Assembly (NCBI GenBank): GCA_028282585.1
Contig: JANQHR010000028.1
Coordinates: forward strand, 13,957 to 77,956
Length of the DNA stretch: 64,000 nucleotides
Reading direction: 5' to 3'
DNA from: Bacteroidales bacterium
Lineage (GTDB): Bacteria; Bacteroidota; Bacteroidia; Bacteroidales; UBA12077
In this document: piece by piece, positions 1 to 9,471 of the stretch
Position numbering within the stretch: the stretch's first letter is position 1
Layout: each line of letters starts with the position of its first letter
The notes under the pieces: model-generated
The model's input: the letters and a program-made list of their open reading frames with translations, nothing else
Told to the model about the DNA's origin: nothing
Databases searched by the model: none
Translations under genes and position numbers: made by a program

Positions 1-1
1 T

Positions 2-2107
2 TCAACGGAAGAATTTCCTTACATAACTGATTTAATTATTAGAGATGAAGATGGACAAAGTGTAATATATGCCGGTGTGGTTTCAGGAACTTATCAGGGA
101 CAAGATCATACACCGGTTCCTTCCGACGGACTGTTCAGATCAACCGATGGAGGAAATTCATGGACCCAGGTTTTACCGAACATTCCAGGTGAAAACATTA
201 CTTATTCTCCTTCTGATATTGAATTAGCCTCTTCGGATAGAATTTTTGTAGGTACTTATCGAAATATTGATGGTAAAGGAGGTGCGACCATATTATACTC
301 TGATAATGGAACAGATTGGACCATATTCGAAGATTATGCAAATTTAATTAAAGAAAGTAGTGACCCAACAGTTGTTATACCCGGGAGAACAATTATAGCT
401 TCTTCAGCATCTTCTCCTAATGCGATATATGCAGTTATAGCTGCAGGAGGATATACCGCACAAAATTGGATTTATTATCGCGGAAGATTTTTATTAAAAA
501 GTGATGATAATGGCGAAACCTGGCAAACCAAAAATCTTCCATATGGAGATGATGGAAGTTGGGCCACTCTTGCCTGGCATGCAATTACCTTAGAAGTTGA
601 TCCCAACGATGAAAATACAATTTTTGCAGGAGGATTAAACCTACATAGATCTACAAATGGAGGAACTTCATGGGAAGAAATCTCTTCATGGTTTAATTTT
701 GGATCTTATTATGATCCAAATTTAGAACCGTATGTACATGCAGATCAACATAGTATTATTTTTAAACCGGGGAGCTCAGATACAATCTGCTTTACAAATG
801 ATGGAGGTGTATTTCTAACTAAAAACGGAACTGAAACTGATATCACTTTTATAGAAAGAAATAAAGAATTTAACACATTGCAATTTTATACATGTAATTT
901 ACATCCGGATTCTGCTACAAATATATTTGTTGGAGGTTTACAAGATAACGGAACTGTAACATATATGGGGAATCCGATAGATAATGAAGAAAGTTTTGTA
1001 TCCTATGGTGACGGTGCATATTGTTTTTTTACTCGTAATAATAAGCTAATTACAACTGTTTATTATAATAGAGTATATATAAGTAGTAGTACGGGATTAA
1101 ATAATTATGTAGTTTATACAAGCAATGATTACAGCAGTGGAACATTTATTTCTCCGTCTGATTACGACTATGAAAATGATACCTACTATGCAAATGCAGT
1201 AGGCTTTACCGGAAATAATGCAGACAATCTCCTGAGAATTAACAATGTAGTTTCTAGCGAATTAAATAACTATTCATTTGTTGATGTCAATACCGGAAGT
1301 AATGTATATTTTTCTCATGTCCGATTAAGCAAATATTCGGATGTAGAAGAAAGAATTTTATTTTTAGGAACTCAGGCAGGTGAACTATTTAAGGTGAAGA
1401 ATATACAGACTAATCCGGCATCTACTAATATTGGCTCTGACAATTTTCCTTTGGGAAATATCTCATGTGTCACTGAGGGTAAAAATATAAACGAATTACT
1501 TGTTACGTTCTCAAATTATGGGGTATCTTCTGTTTGGTATACTTCTGATGGAGGAAACAGTTGGGAAGAAAAAGAAGGAAATTTACCGGATATGCCAATT
1601 CGATGGGCAATTTTTGATCCGGAAGATACCTCTAAAGTTGTATTGGCGACTGAAGTTGGAATATGGGCCACTAATAATATTCATAATGAGTCCGTATTAT
1701 GGGAGCCTATTAACAATGGACTGCCGAATGTAAGAGTCGATATGTTACGTTTAAGAGAATTTGATAATACAATTCTTGCCGCAACACATGGACGGGGTTT
1801 ATATTATTGTGATTTGGAAGGAGGGTATTCCACCAATTCAAGAACAGTTATAGATACTGAATTAAAAGCCAATATCTATCCTAATCCAACAAGTGGAATT
1901 GTTAATATTAATTTTGAAGAAAATAACCTTAAATCTGTTAATATATCCATTTTTAATACGGGTGGCATATTAGTTGAATCATTTGAAAAATACAATAACT
2001 CTGGTGAGTTAAGGCTTAATCTTGATTATTTACAAAATGGTACATATATTCTTAAAATAAGTGCCAATAATAAATTAACCACAAAAAAAATACTGTTATA
2101 TAAATAA
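2..2107 (+). CDS. BNR/sortilin (VPS10)-type repeat secreted protein with T9SS type A C-terminal sorting domain; 5' end cut by window edge
   Basis: The frame is open from nt 2, with no stop before the listed GTG at 77. Four SxDxGxSW BNR motifs are present (STDGGNSW, SDDNGETW, STNGGTSW, TSDGGNSW). The last ~80 aa (IYPNPTSGIVNINF...GTYILKISANN) resemble a Por/T9SS sorting tail. Confidence 0.75.
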   Translation, partial: STEEFPYITDLIIRDEDGQSVIYAGVVSGTYQGQDHTPVPSDGLFRSTDGGNSWTQVLPNIPGENITYSPSDIELASSDRIFVGTYRNIDGKGGATILYSDNGTDWTIFEDYANLIKESSDPTVVIPGRTIIASSASSPNAIYAVIAAGGYTAQNWIYYRGRFLLKSDDNGETWQTKNLPYGDDGSWATLAWHAITLEVDPNDENTIFAGGLNLHRSTNGGTSWEEISSWFNFGSYYDPNLEPYVHADQHSIIFKPGSSDTICFTNDGGVFLTKNGTETDITFIERNKEFNTLQFYTCNLHPDSATNIFVGGLQDNGTVTYMGNPIDNEESFVSYGDGAYCFFTRNNKLITTVYYNRVYISSSTGLNNYVVYTSNDYSSGTFISPSDYDYENDTYYANAVGFTGNNADNLLRINNVVSSELNNYSFVDVNTGSNVYFSHVRLSKYSDVEERILFLGTQAGELFKVKNIQTNPASTNIGSDNFPLGNISCVTEGKNINELLVTFSNYGVSSVWYTSDGGNSWEEKEGNLPDMPIRWAIFDPEDTSKVVLATEVGIWATNNIHNESVLWEPINNGLPNVRVDMLRLREFDNTILAATHGRGLYYCDLEGGYSTNSRTVIDTELKANIYPNPTSGIVNINFEENNLKSVNISIFNTGGILVESFEKYNNSGELRLNLDYLQNGTYILKISANNKLTTKKILLYK

Positions 2108-2236
2108 TTTTAATTCAAGATATAGCTCCTGACAATTTTAGTCAGAAGTTTTTATGTTTTAGAAACAGCATATAAATAAAACTGATTTTTCTCCTTTTTT
2201 TTTGAAAAAAATATTCCTAATTATGCGATGGTATTT

Positions 2237-2388
2237 AACCTGATTCATTCATGAAGTTTATGAATGAACCTTTTAATGAAGAAATTACAGATGGTTTATT
2301 GATTTAAATATTTATAATTTCTTGGTAAGGTTAACCTGTACAATTCATAAAAATTGATAGATTATAATATTTATGAATTCATCAGGCT
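2237..2388. promoter_or_regulatory. Three copies of a 16-mer (AACCTG-N4-ATTCAT type; two direct, one inverted) plus a perfect 9-bp inverted repeat, upstream of the proline dehydrogenase gene
   Basis: 2237-2252 is aacctgattcattcat and 2333-2348 is aacctgtacaattcat. 2373-2388 is atgaattcatcaggct, whose reverse complement is agcctgatgaattcat. The inverted repeat ttcattcat/atgaatgaa lies at 2244-2268. Confidence 0.3.
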
Positions 2389-2413
2389 AAATATCCAGAT
2401 ACTTGAATAAAAA

Positions 2414-2455
2414 TCTGCCTGCCCTTTCGGCAGAAAGGCTAGCGATAGGCAGATA
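2414..2455. repeat. GC-rich nested hairpin (TCTGCCT...AGGCAGA with inner TGCC/GGCA) in an AT-rich spacer; REP-like
   Basis: The sequence is tctgcctgccctttcggcagaaaggctagcgataggcaga. Related CTGCC/GGCAG-type hairpins occur at 3431-3452 and 15983-15993. Confidence 0.4.
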
Positions 2456-2484
2456 ATTAATAAATAACTAAATAATCAAAAGAT

Positions 2485-3396
2485 ATGTTTAATAAATTAA
2501 TTGCCGCATTATTACCATACTTCCCTAAGAAATTTGTATGGTTATTTTCAAAACCCTATATAGCTGGTGAAACAGTTGAAGATGCTATAAAAGCTTCAAA
2601 AGATTTAAATGCAAAAGGTTGCATGGTAACCATTGACATTTTAGGAGAATTCATTAAAACTTTAGAAGAAGCTGAAGCTAATAAAAATGAGTACATCGAG
2701 TTAATTGATCGTGTTGAGAAAGAAGATATTGATGGTAACTACTCTGTAAAACCAACCATGTTTGGTTTATTAATTGATAAGGAAGTTTGTTACAAACACA
2801 TTCGCGATATAGTTGCAAAAGCTGCAGAATATAATAACTTTATCCGTGTTGACATGGAAGATTCTCCATGTACTGATATGACCATTGAAATTTTTAGAAG
2901 GTTAAAAGCTGAATTCCCTAAAAATGTTGGTCTTGTGTTACAAGCATATTTAAAACGTACTCATAGTGATTTGGACAAACTAATGGATATCCATACAGAT
3001 GAAGTCCCTTTAAATTATCGATTATGTAAAGGTATTTATGTTGAACCTAAAGAAATTGCCTTTAAGAAATATGAAGAAATCAATGAGCATTTCTTAAAAG
3101 ATATCGATTTCTGTTTAAAAAATGGTGTTTATCCGGGCATTGCAACACACGATAAACCAATCGTTGAAGGATCGTATGAATTAATTGAAAAATATAATGT
3201 ACCTAAAGAAAAATACGAATTTCAGATGTTGTATGGTGTTACTCCTAAATTACGTCAATCAATTCTAGATAAAGGACACCGTATGAGAGTTTATGTACCT
3301 TATGGAAAGCAATGGTTTGGATATTCAACAAGAAGATTAAAAGAAAATCCAAAAATGGCTAATCATATCATGAAAGCTCTTTTCTTTAAAGGATAG
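2485..3396 (+). CDS. Proline dehydrogenase family protein (stand-alone, ~300 aa type)
   Basis: 303 aa. The overall pattern is typical of monofunctional proline dehydrogenases (N-terminal ...KPYIAGET.EDA..., LQAYLK, YRLCKGIY, C-terminal YVPYG..W..Y..RRL.ENP). There is a clean ATG and a terminator follows. Confidence 0.8.
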   Translation: MFNKLIAALLPYFPKKFVWLFSKPYIAGETVEDAIKASKDLNAKGCMVTIDILGEFIKTLEEAEANKNEYIELIDRVEKEDIDGNYSVKPTMFGLLIDKEVCYKHIRDIVAKAAEYNNFIRVDMEDSPCTDMTIEIFRRLKAEFPKNVGLVLQAYLKRTHSDLDKLMDIHTDEVPLNYRLCKGIYVEPKEIAFKKYEEINEHFLKDIDFCLKNGVYPGIATHDKPIVEGSYELIEKYNVPKEKYEFQMLYGVTPKLRQSILDKGHRMRVYVPYGKQWFGYSTRRLKENPKMANHIMKALFFKG

Positions 3397-3454
3397 TAAC
3401 CGATATAAAAGAACAAAATTAAAAGATAAAGCCTGCCTACCGGACGAGTAGGTA

Positions 3455-3484
3455 ATCCCGAATCAATGATTCGGGATTTTATTT
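3455..3484 (+). terminator. Rho-independent terminator after the proline dehydrogenase gene
   Basis: A 10-bp perfect stem atcccgaatc/gattcgggat with a 3-nt loop is followed by a T-rich tract. Confidence 0.75.
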
Positions 3485-3532
3485 ATTCTTCAAGTTCTTT
3501 AAGTAAGTTCTTCAGAAATATGTCAAGTTAAA

Positions 3533-3570
3533 AATAAAAAAAGCAGAAAAATTATTTTTCTGCTTTTTTC
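3533..3570 (-). terminator. Bidirectional-looking intrinsic terminator downstream of the DNRLRE lipoprotein gene
   Basis: The stem is agcagaaaaa/tttttctgct. An A-run lies on one side and a T-run on the other. Confidence 0.7.
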
Positions 3571-3587
3571 GTTTATATCCAATATCC

Positions 3588-4943
3588 CTATTCATAGGTA
3601 ATGACCAATTTAGGATGTAAAGAATCATTAGAATGATCACTAGATGCAAAAAGCATTCTTCGATAATAAGATTCTTCATTCAAGCGCAACATAAAACCAA
3701 AACCGGATGTAGGATTATCAATTATATCTATAATAAGGTTGGAAACATCGACAACATAATCTTGCATATCATATTCACTAGCTGGTAACACGACTTGATT
3801 CTCTTCAGTTGTTGAAGGCTGTGTATTCCATGTTACCGTATTTTCGTCCCAACTAGATGTTATTCTTTGTAAGATACATTCATTCGAGCCTGAAAGTTGT
3901 GAATGCCCTGGACCATGCGTTGTATTCTCACTTACATAAAGGTAAAGTTGAGCATCAACAATTATTGCATCATCTGGTAACAATGATAGATCAAATTCAA
4001 TTAAACTACGCAATGTTGTTTCATTTCCTCCGGTGGTCCATGCGTTAGCAGTAAACTCTTCATATGTACCAAAATTTCTATCTACATAATCGTAATAATT
4101 TCCAATTGTAGCATCTTTTCCGTCTTCGGCATTTGGCCTTAATACTAAAATATTCCCTTCGGATAAAATAATGGTCAATGGTTTTGAAAAATGTTTTTCA
4201 AGCGAATCCTTTGAGAATGTTTCAGAATAATCTTCATATCCTGATTTTGTTATTTTAATTGTATACGCGTCATAATTAGCATTTACAGTAATTAAATTAG
4301 TAACTGCCTCGAGATTATTATTAAATAAAGTATCTGAACCACTGATTATTAATGCATCTGCCTCGGTTAAATCAAAATTCTGATTAATATCATCATAAAT
4401 AAATATAGCAGTTAGAAAATTGAATGTCTCAATCTGGTTAAAGCTAAAAGTATTATAACCGAAATCCTCTGGAGTAATATTTTCTGTTGATATTACTTCA
4501 GGAGAGATTTTTGTAACATCGTCTTCGAAAACAATAAAATCAATTATCAGCGGATCACTTACCAAATATTCTTTTGATGAGCCTTCTTTAGGAGTTGCAT
4601 ATAAAACATTATTGCTTTCATCAAGTACCATGAAATCAGTTATCTGGTATTCACCAACCAAGAATGAAATTGGAGAACTAATATACTCGTTATTAAACTT
4701 ATATAATTCAATTTTTTCATTGTAAAATTCATAATCGCCAGAATTGTTTTTGACTGAAAGTAAAAGACTTACTGGTCCTGTTTTAAAAGAATTTTTAAGG
4801 TTTAAAAGGTTTTCATTAGATGTAAATCCTAAAACCAGTTCTCCCTTTGCATTAGGATCAAAAGAATCATCTTTATCACAGGAAATAAAAAAGAATAGAA
4901 TGGTTATACTAACCAAAATTAATTTAGTAATTCTCATAATCAA
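3588..4943 (-). CDS. Lipoprotein with C-terminal DNRLRE-like domain
   Basis: The signal peptide ends in a lipobox-like FFFISC. The C-terminal ~170 aa (TLRSLIEFDLSLLPDDAIIVDAQLYLYV...WNTQP...) match my recollection of the DNRLRE domain. The N-terminal two thirds were not recognised. Confidence 0.55.
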   Translation of the reverse strand: MIMRITKLILVSITILFFFISCDKDDSFDPNAKGELVLGFTSNENLLNLKNSFKTGPVSLLLSVKNNSGDYEFYNEKIELYKFNNEYISSPISFLVGEYQITDFMVLDESNNVLYATPKEGSSKEYLVSDPLIIDFIVFEDDVTKISPEVISTENITPEDFGYNTFSFNQIETFNFLTAIFIYDDINQNFDLTEADALIISGSDTLFNNNLEAVTNLITVNANYDAYTIKITKSGYEDYSETFSKDSLEKHFSKPLTIILSEGNILVLRPNAEDGKDATIGNYYDYVDRNFGTYEEFTANAWTTGGNETTLRSLIEFDLSLLPDDAIIVDAQLYLYVSENTTHGPGHSQLSGSNECILQRITSSWDENTVTWNTQPSTTEENQVVLPASEYDMQDYVVDVSNLIIDIIDNPTSGFGFMLRLNEESYYRRMLFASSDHSNDSLHPKLVITYE

Positions 4944-5027
4944 ATATTTAATAGGTTTATAATAGATTACAATTCTAATAAAAAAACCTAAATATCACTA
5001 ATTAAATTACACTTTTTTAAAAATAAC

Positions 5028-7757
5028 TTAACTAACAAATTTTTCAACCCGGCATGCTGTCAATTTAAAAGCTGCAATTTTTGAGAACGGATCCAGGTCA
5101 CCTCTTGTTAGCCTGTTTACAGGCGCCTCTGAATAGTGCCAGGGCATAAATAATTCTCCCTCCGCAACCTGATCGCTGGCTTGCAAGGCTGTCACTAGTT
5201 CTCCTTGTTTAGAAGTTAACTTAACTTTATCACCATCAGTTAAATCAAATTTTATAACATCACCGGGATTCATTAAAACATACGATTCATTTGCAAAATC
5301 AGTTAACGATTTATTCCTTCTGGACATTGTTGAAGTATGGTAATGATACAAAATACGTCCACTATTTAATATAAATGGAAACTCTTTTGAAGTTTGTTCA
5401 GATTGAGGAATATACTCAACCGGATTTAAAATTCCCTTTCCATTTGGAGTATTAAACTTTTCCAGGAACAAAGTGCTTGTTCCAGAATGATTCTTGTCAG
5501 GGCATGGCCATTGAATTCCTTGATGTTCAATTCTATCATAAGAAATCCCTGCCATTATAGGTGCAGCTTGTGCAATCTCATCGAATATTTCTGACTCAGT
5601 ATTATAATCTCCCAAACTATACCCCATCTTTTCAGCAATATCAACAATAATTTTCCAGTCATCACGTGCTTCTCCCGGAGATTCGACAGCTTTACGAACC
5701 CGGATAACCCGCCTGTCACTATTTACAAAAGTTCCTTCTTTCTCTGCAAACGAAGCTGCCGGTAAAATTACATCAGCAAAAGGAGTAGTTTCTGTATGGA
5801 AAATATCCTGTATTACCAGAAAATCAAGTTTGTTTAAAGCTTTTTCGGTATGATTCAAATCCGGATCTGTAAGCATGGGATTCTCTCCCATAATATACAT
5901 TCCTTTTATTTTTTCGTCATATGCTGCATTCATTATTTCTACGGTCGTTAATCCTGGTTTACCGGAAAGAGCTTCAAAATCAACACTCCATAACTTAGCT
6001 ATACGTTTCCTGTTTTTTTCATTGGTAATTGGAATATAACCCGGGTAGATTATTGGAGAACAGCCAACATCTGTTGCTCCCTGAACATTGTTTTGCCCTC
6101 GAGGTGGGTCAATTCCGGCTCTCTCCTTACCTATCTGCCCTGTAATCATCATCATATTAATTAACGAGAAGACATTATTTGTTCCGGTTACTTGCTGACT
6201 CAATCCCATACCTGTTGCAATCATTGCAGTTTTTGCCCTAGCATACATTCGTGCAGCTTCTATGATTTTTTCTTTTGGAACAGAAGTAATTTCCTCGGTC
6301 TTTTCAGGTGTATACTTTTCAACCAGTTGCTTTAACTCTTCGTATGCTTCCATTCCCCGATCAACACGTTTTTCAATAAAATCAGGATCGATTAAATCTT
6401 CCTTAATTATTGCATGAATCATTCCATTTAATAAAGCAACATCTGTTCCTAAACGAGGTTGTAACCATATATCTGCATATTTCACCAAAGGTGTCCATTT
6501 AGGGTCGCACACAATTATTTTCTTACCGGCATATTTCCCATTTTTAACATAAGTTGCTGTCACAGGATGTGTTTCAATTATGTTGTTTCCTGTTACGAAT
6601 AAACAATCTGTTGTTGCAAAATCTTCTATTGAATTACTTCCGGCTCCATCTCCAATTGATTTCAGCATAGCTGTTACCGTTGAAGCATGGCAAAGGCGAG
6701 TACAATAATCAATGTTATTGGTTCCAAATACCACACGAATGAATTTTTGGAATAAATAATTATCTTCATTCGTACATTTAGCTGAAGAATATCCCGCTAA
6801 TGCATCATGACCATATTTCTCTTTTATTTCTGTAAATTTAGTAGCTATTAAATCTAAAGCCTCATCCCAGCTTGCCTCAACAAATTTTCCATCCCTCTTG
6901 ATAAGGGGAGTTGTTAGCCTTTCTTTGCTATGAACATAATCGTATCCAAAACGCCCTTTTACACATAACCTTCCATCATTTGGCAATACTCCTTCAACTC
7001 CATCGGAACGTACTATCTTACCATCTTGCACTGTTAACTCAAGTTGGCAACCGACACCACAATAAGGGCAGGTTGTTACAACTTTCTTCTCCAAATTCTC
7101 TAATTGAATTTCATCTCTATGAGGCTTTTCAACCAGAGCTCCTGTAGGGCACAACTGAATACATTCACCACAACCGTCGCATTCTGATTCGTTCCATTGA
7201 TCAAATCCAGCTATGATATAAGATGTTATCCCACGTTCCGAAAAAGATAATACATTCTTTCCTTGTACCTCATCACAACCTTTAATACAACGAAAACACT
7301 TAATACATTTTGATGCATCGTACGTTAAAACCGGTGAGCTGTCGTCAATTTTATAATTCAAAGTTTTGCTTATATTGGGATATTTTCTGTTTTCATGTTT
7401 ATCCAAACCATAATGAATTAACCATTCTCTGAACTCATCATGATATGTTCCATCATAATGATCGTTATGTTCGGCCAGTAAATAATCCAAAATATGTTTA
7501 CGAGTTTCTTCTATTTCCTCATCAAACGCAATTATTTCCATTCCCTCTTTTACACTTACCGTACAAGACATTACTAATCCGTTTGTTCCCTTTATTTTGG
7601 TGACACATAACCTACATGCACCTGTTGGAGTTAACTTTTTATGATAACACAGACTCGGAATTTTAATCCCACTGTCATGAGCCACCTGTAATAAATTTGC
7701 TCCTTCATTGGCCTGGATATTTTTTCCGTCGATTTTAATATTTATTAATCTACTCAT
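5028..7757 (-). CDS. fdhA: Formate dehydrogenase alpha-like molybdo/tungstopterin subunit with NuoG-type N-terminus (module 1, Cys type, lacks the His-ligated 4Fe-4S motif)
   Basis: 909 aa. It has an N-terminal 2Fe-2S motif (C..x..C..C), two CxxCxxCxxxCP ferredoxin motifs and a CPYCGVGC MopB cluster. The active-site sequence is RLCHASTV (Cys-His) and PPRGQNNVQGATD is present. No in-frame TGA was seen. Confidence 0.85.
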   Translation of the reverse strand: MSRLINIKIDGKNIQANEGANLLQVAHDSGIKIPSLCYHKKLTPTGACRLCVTKIKGTNGLVMSCTVSVKEGMEIIAFDEEIEETRKHILDYLLAEHNDHYDGTYHDEFREWLIHYGLDKHENRKYPNISKTLNYKIDDSSPVLTYDASKCIKCFRCIKGCDEVQGKNVLSFSERGITSYIIAGFDQWNESECDGCGECIQLCPTGALVEKPHRDEIQLENLEKKVVTTCPYCGVGCQLELTVQDGKIVRSDGVEGVLPNDGRLCVKGRFGYDYVHSKERLTTPLIKRDGKFVEASWDEALDLIATKFTEIKEKYGHDALAGYSSAKCTNEDNYLFQKFIRVVFGTNNIDYCTRLCHASTVTAMLKSIGDGAGSNSIEDFATTDCLFVTGNNIIETHPVTATYVKNGKYAGKKIIVCDPKWTPLVKYADIWLQPRLGTDVALLNGMIHAIIKEDLIDPDFIEKRVDRGMEAYEELKQLVEKYTPEKTEEITSVPKEKIIEAARMYARAKTAMIATGMGLSQQVTGTNNVFSLINMMMITGQIGKERAGIDPPRGQNNVQGATDVGCSPIIYPGYIPITNEKNRKRIAKLWSVDFEALSGKPGLTTVEIMNAAYDEKIKGMYIMGENPMLTDPDLNHTEKALNKLDFLVIQDIFHTETTPFADVILPAASFAEKEGTFVNSDRRVIRVRKAVESPGEARDDWKIIVDIAEKMGYSLGDYNTESEIFDEIAQAAPIMAGISYDRIEHQGIQWPCPDKNHSGTSTLFLEKFNTPNGKGILNPVEYIPQSEQTSKEFPFILNSGRILYHYHTSTMSRRNKSLTDFANESYVLMNPGDVIKFDLTDGDKVKLTSKQGELVTALQASDQVAEGELFMPWHYSEAPVNRLTRGDLDPFSKIAAFKLTACRVEKFVS

Positions 7758-7762
7758 AACTT

Positions 7763-9004
7763 CTAAAACTCGTTTTCGAAATATTGTTTTAAACTTTTAA
7801 TTGGAAGAATTGGGGATTGCCCTAATGGACATAAAGAGCTTTTTGCCATGAACTCTGATTCATACAAAAGTAAATCCAATGCTTCAACTCTTCCTATTTT
7901 GTTATTCTTTAAATTTTCCATTATATGCAATAATTGGGGCATTCCTATTCTACAAGGCACGCATTTACCGCAGGATTCATGCTTAAAGAATTCCAATATA
8001 GAATTTGTAATATCGAATAGTGATCTGCCTTCGGACATAACCATAATAGCTCCTGAACCCAAAACAGCTCCTTTTTCCTTCAAGGTATCAAATCCCATTG
8101 GGGTATCTAAAACAGATTCATTTACAAAGGTTCCTGCTGCTCCTCCAAGAATAGCCGCATAAAACTTTTTACCATCTTTAATTCCTCCACCTAATTCATA
8201 AATAAGTTGTCTTAGAGTAACTCCCATTTCAACCTCAAAATAACCTGGGTTATTAATATCTCCGCTAATTGTAAATATTTTAGTACCGGGAGAATCTTCA
8301 GTACCCAAGCTCGTATACCATTCAGGTCCGTTATAAATTATCGCAGGTATTGTAGCCAAAGTTTCCACATTATTTATCAAAGTAGGTTTACCATTTAATC
8401 CCTTTTCTGCCGGAAAAGGTGGTTTAATTCTAGGATAACCACGTTTACCTTCAAGTGATTCAAGCAAAGTAAGTTCTTCGCCACAAAGATAGGAGCCAGC
8501 TCCTAATTTTATCTCTACATCAACCGAAAAGGCAGACCCAAAAACATTTTTTCCAATAATTCCTTTTTCCTTGGCTGCAGAAATAGCTTTATTTATACGG
8601 TCGATGGACTTGTAATATTCGCCTCTGATATAAACATAAGCTTTTGATGCACCAATAGCATAAGCTGCGATAAGCATACCTTCAAGCATCAGGTGTGGAT
8701 CGTTTTCCATTATTATCCTGTCTTTAAAAGTACCTGGTTCACCTTCATCAGCATTACAGATTAAGTACTTTTGTTCACAACGAAGACATGCTTCACTAGT
8801 AAACTTTTCTTTTAAACCTGCAGAAAAACCGGCCCCACCTCGGCCACGAAGGCTCGATTTTACCATTTCATCAATAATTTCAATATGATGCAGTCCAACA
8901 GCTTTTTCAAATGCTTTATATCCTCCCTCATTAATGTAATCATCAATGCTTTCAGGATTTATCTTTCCCAGATTTTTAAGGGTTATTCTTTTTTCTTGTA
9001 TCAC
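7763..9004 (-). CDS. NuoF-like NAD(H)/FMN-binding flavoprotein subunit, short form (module 1)
   Basis: 413 aa. Motifs present are RGRGGAGFSAGLK, GEPGTFKDR and a C-terminal ESCGKCVPCR 4Fe-4S motif. There are no extra N- or C-terminal Fe-S domains. Confidence 0.85.
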   Translation of the reverse strand: MIQEKRITLKNLGKINPESIDDYINEGGYKAFEKAVGLHHIEIIDEMVKSSLRGRGGAGFSAGLKEKFTSEACLRCEQKYLICNADEGEPGTFKDRIIMENDPHLMLEGMLIAAYAIGASKAYVYIRGEYYKSIDRINKAISAAKEKGIIGKNVFGSAFSVDVEIKLGAGSYLCGEELTLLESLEGKRGYPRIKPPFPAEKGLNGKPTLINNVETLATIPAIIYNGPEWYTSLGTEDSPGTKIFTISGDINNPGYFEVEMGVTLRQLIYELGGGIKDGKKFYAAILGGAAGTFVNESVLDTPMGFDTLKEKGAVLGSGAIMVMSEGRSLFDITNSILEFFKHESCGKCVPCRIGMPQLLHIMENLKNNKIGRVEALDLLLYESEFMAKSSLCPLGQSPILPIKSLKQYFENEF

Positions 9005-9013
9005 TTTATATAG

Positions 9014-9463
9014 TTAATTATAATTATCGAAAATTGATTTAAAATCTACATTATCCAAATTCCCAACAACATCTTCATTTATCATCATGCCCGGAGCCTC
9101 CTCACATTTTCCAAGACATTCCGATAATTCTAACGTAAATCGCATATCGTCTGTTGTTTCTCCTACTTCAATTGATAAGTTTTTTTTAATTTCTTCAATA
9201 ACCTTAGTAGAATTTTCCATATTACAAACCGGCGAATTACATACTCTAATTATATACTTACCTCTGGGTTTTAAACTAAACATAGTGTAATAAGTTGCTA
9301 CTCCATATATATGACTGTATGTGGTATTCAAGTAACTTGCAGCTATTTTCAAATCTTCTTCGCTTAAATAGTTTTGAGAATTATTGTTCTGCAAAGCATG
9401 TAAAATATTAAGCATATTTTCATGGTCAGGTTTAAATTGTTTTAGAACTTCCGATCTTTCCAT
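9014..9463 (-). CDS. NuoE-like thioredoxin-fold 2Fe-2S subunit (module 1)
   Basis: 149 aa with the Cys pattern CNSPVC ... CLGKCEEAP. It is tightly packed between fdhA2 and the nuoF-like gene. Confidence 0.8.
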   Translation of the reverse strand: MERSEVLKQFKPDHENMLNILHALQNNNSQNYLSEEDLKIAASYLNTTYSHIYGVATYYTMFSLKPRGKYIIRVCNSPVCNMENSTKVIEEIKKNLSIEVGETTDDMRFTLELSECLGKCEEAPGMMINEDVVGNLDNVDFKSIFDNYN

Positions 9464-9471
9464 TATTTCTT

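Noticed and set aside
1500-1733. Nested 77-aa plus-strand ORF inside the BNR protein gene, and other 60-100-aa ORFs nested in or antisense to large genes (e.g. 3857-4048, 4744-4962, 19972-20208, 25301-25741, 27589-27786, 38312-38596, 53276-53548).
   Set aside because: All are embedded in longer ORFs that have clear family signatures. None has a recognisable motif or its own intergenic space.
2251-2307. 18-codon ORF (MKFMNEPFNEEITDGLLI) in the proline dehydrogenase leader, as a possible leader peptide.
   Set aside because: It has no proline codons and no attenuator logic. Short ORFs are expected by chance in a 377-nt spacer.
6690-6692. Possible selenocysteine (TGA) at the formate dehydrogenase active sites.
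   Set aside because: Both catalytic subunits encode an ordinary Cys codon in the R-L-C-H motif. Both ORFs are uninterrupted, so no recoding is needed.
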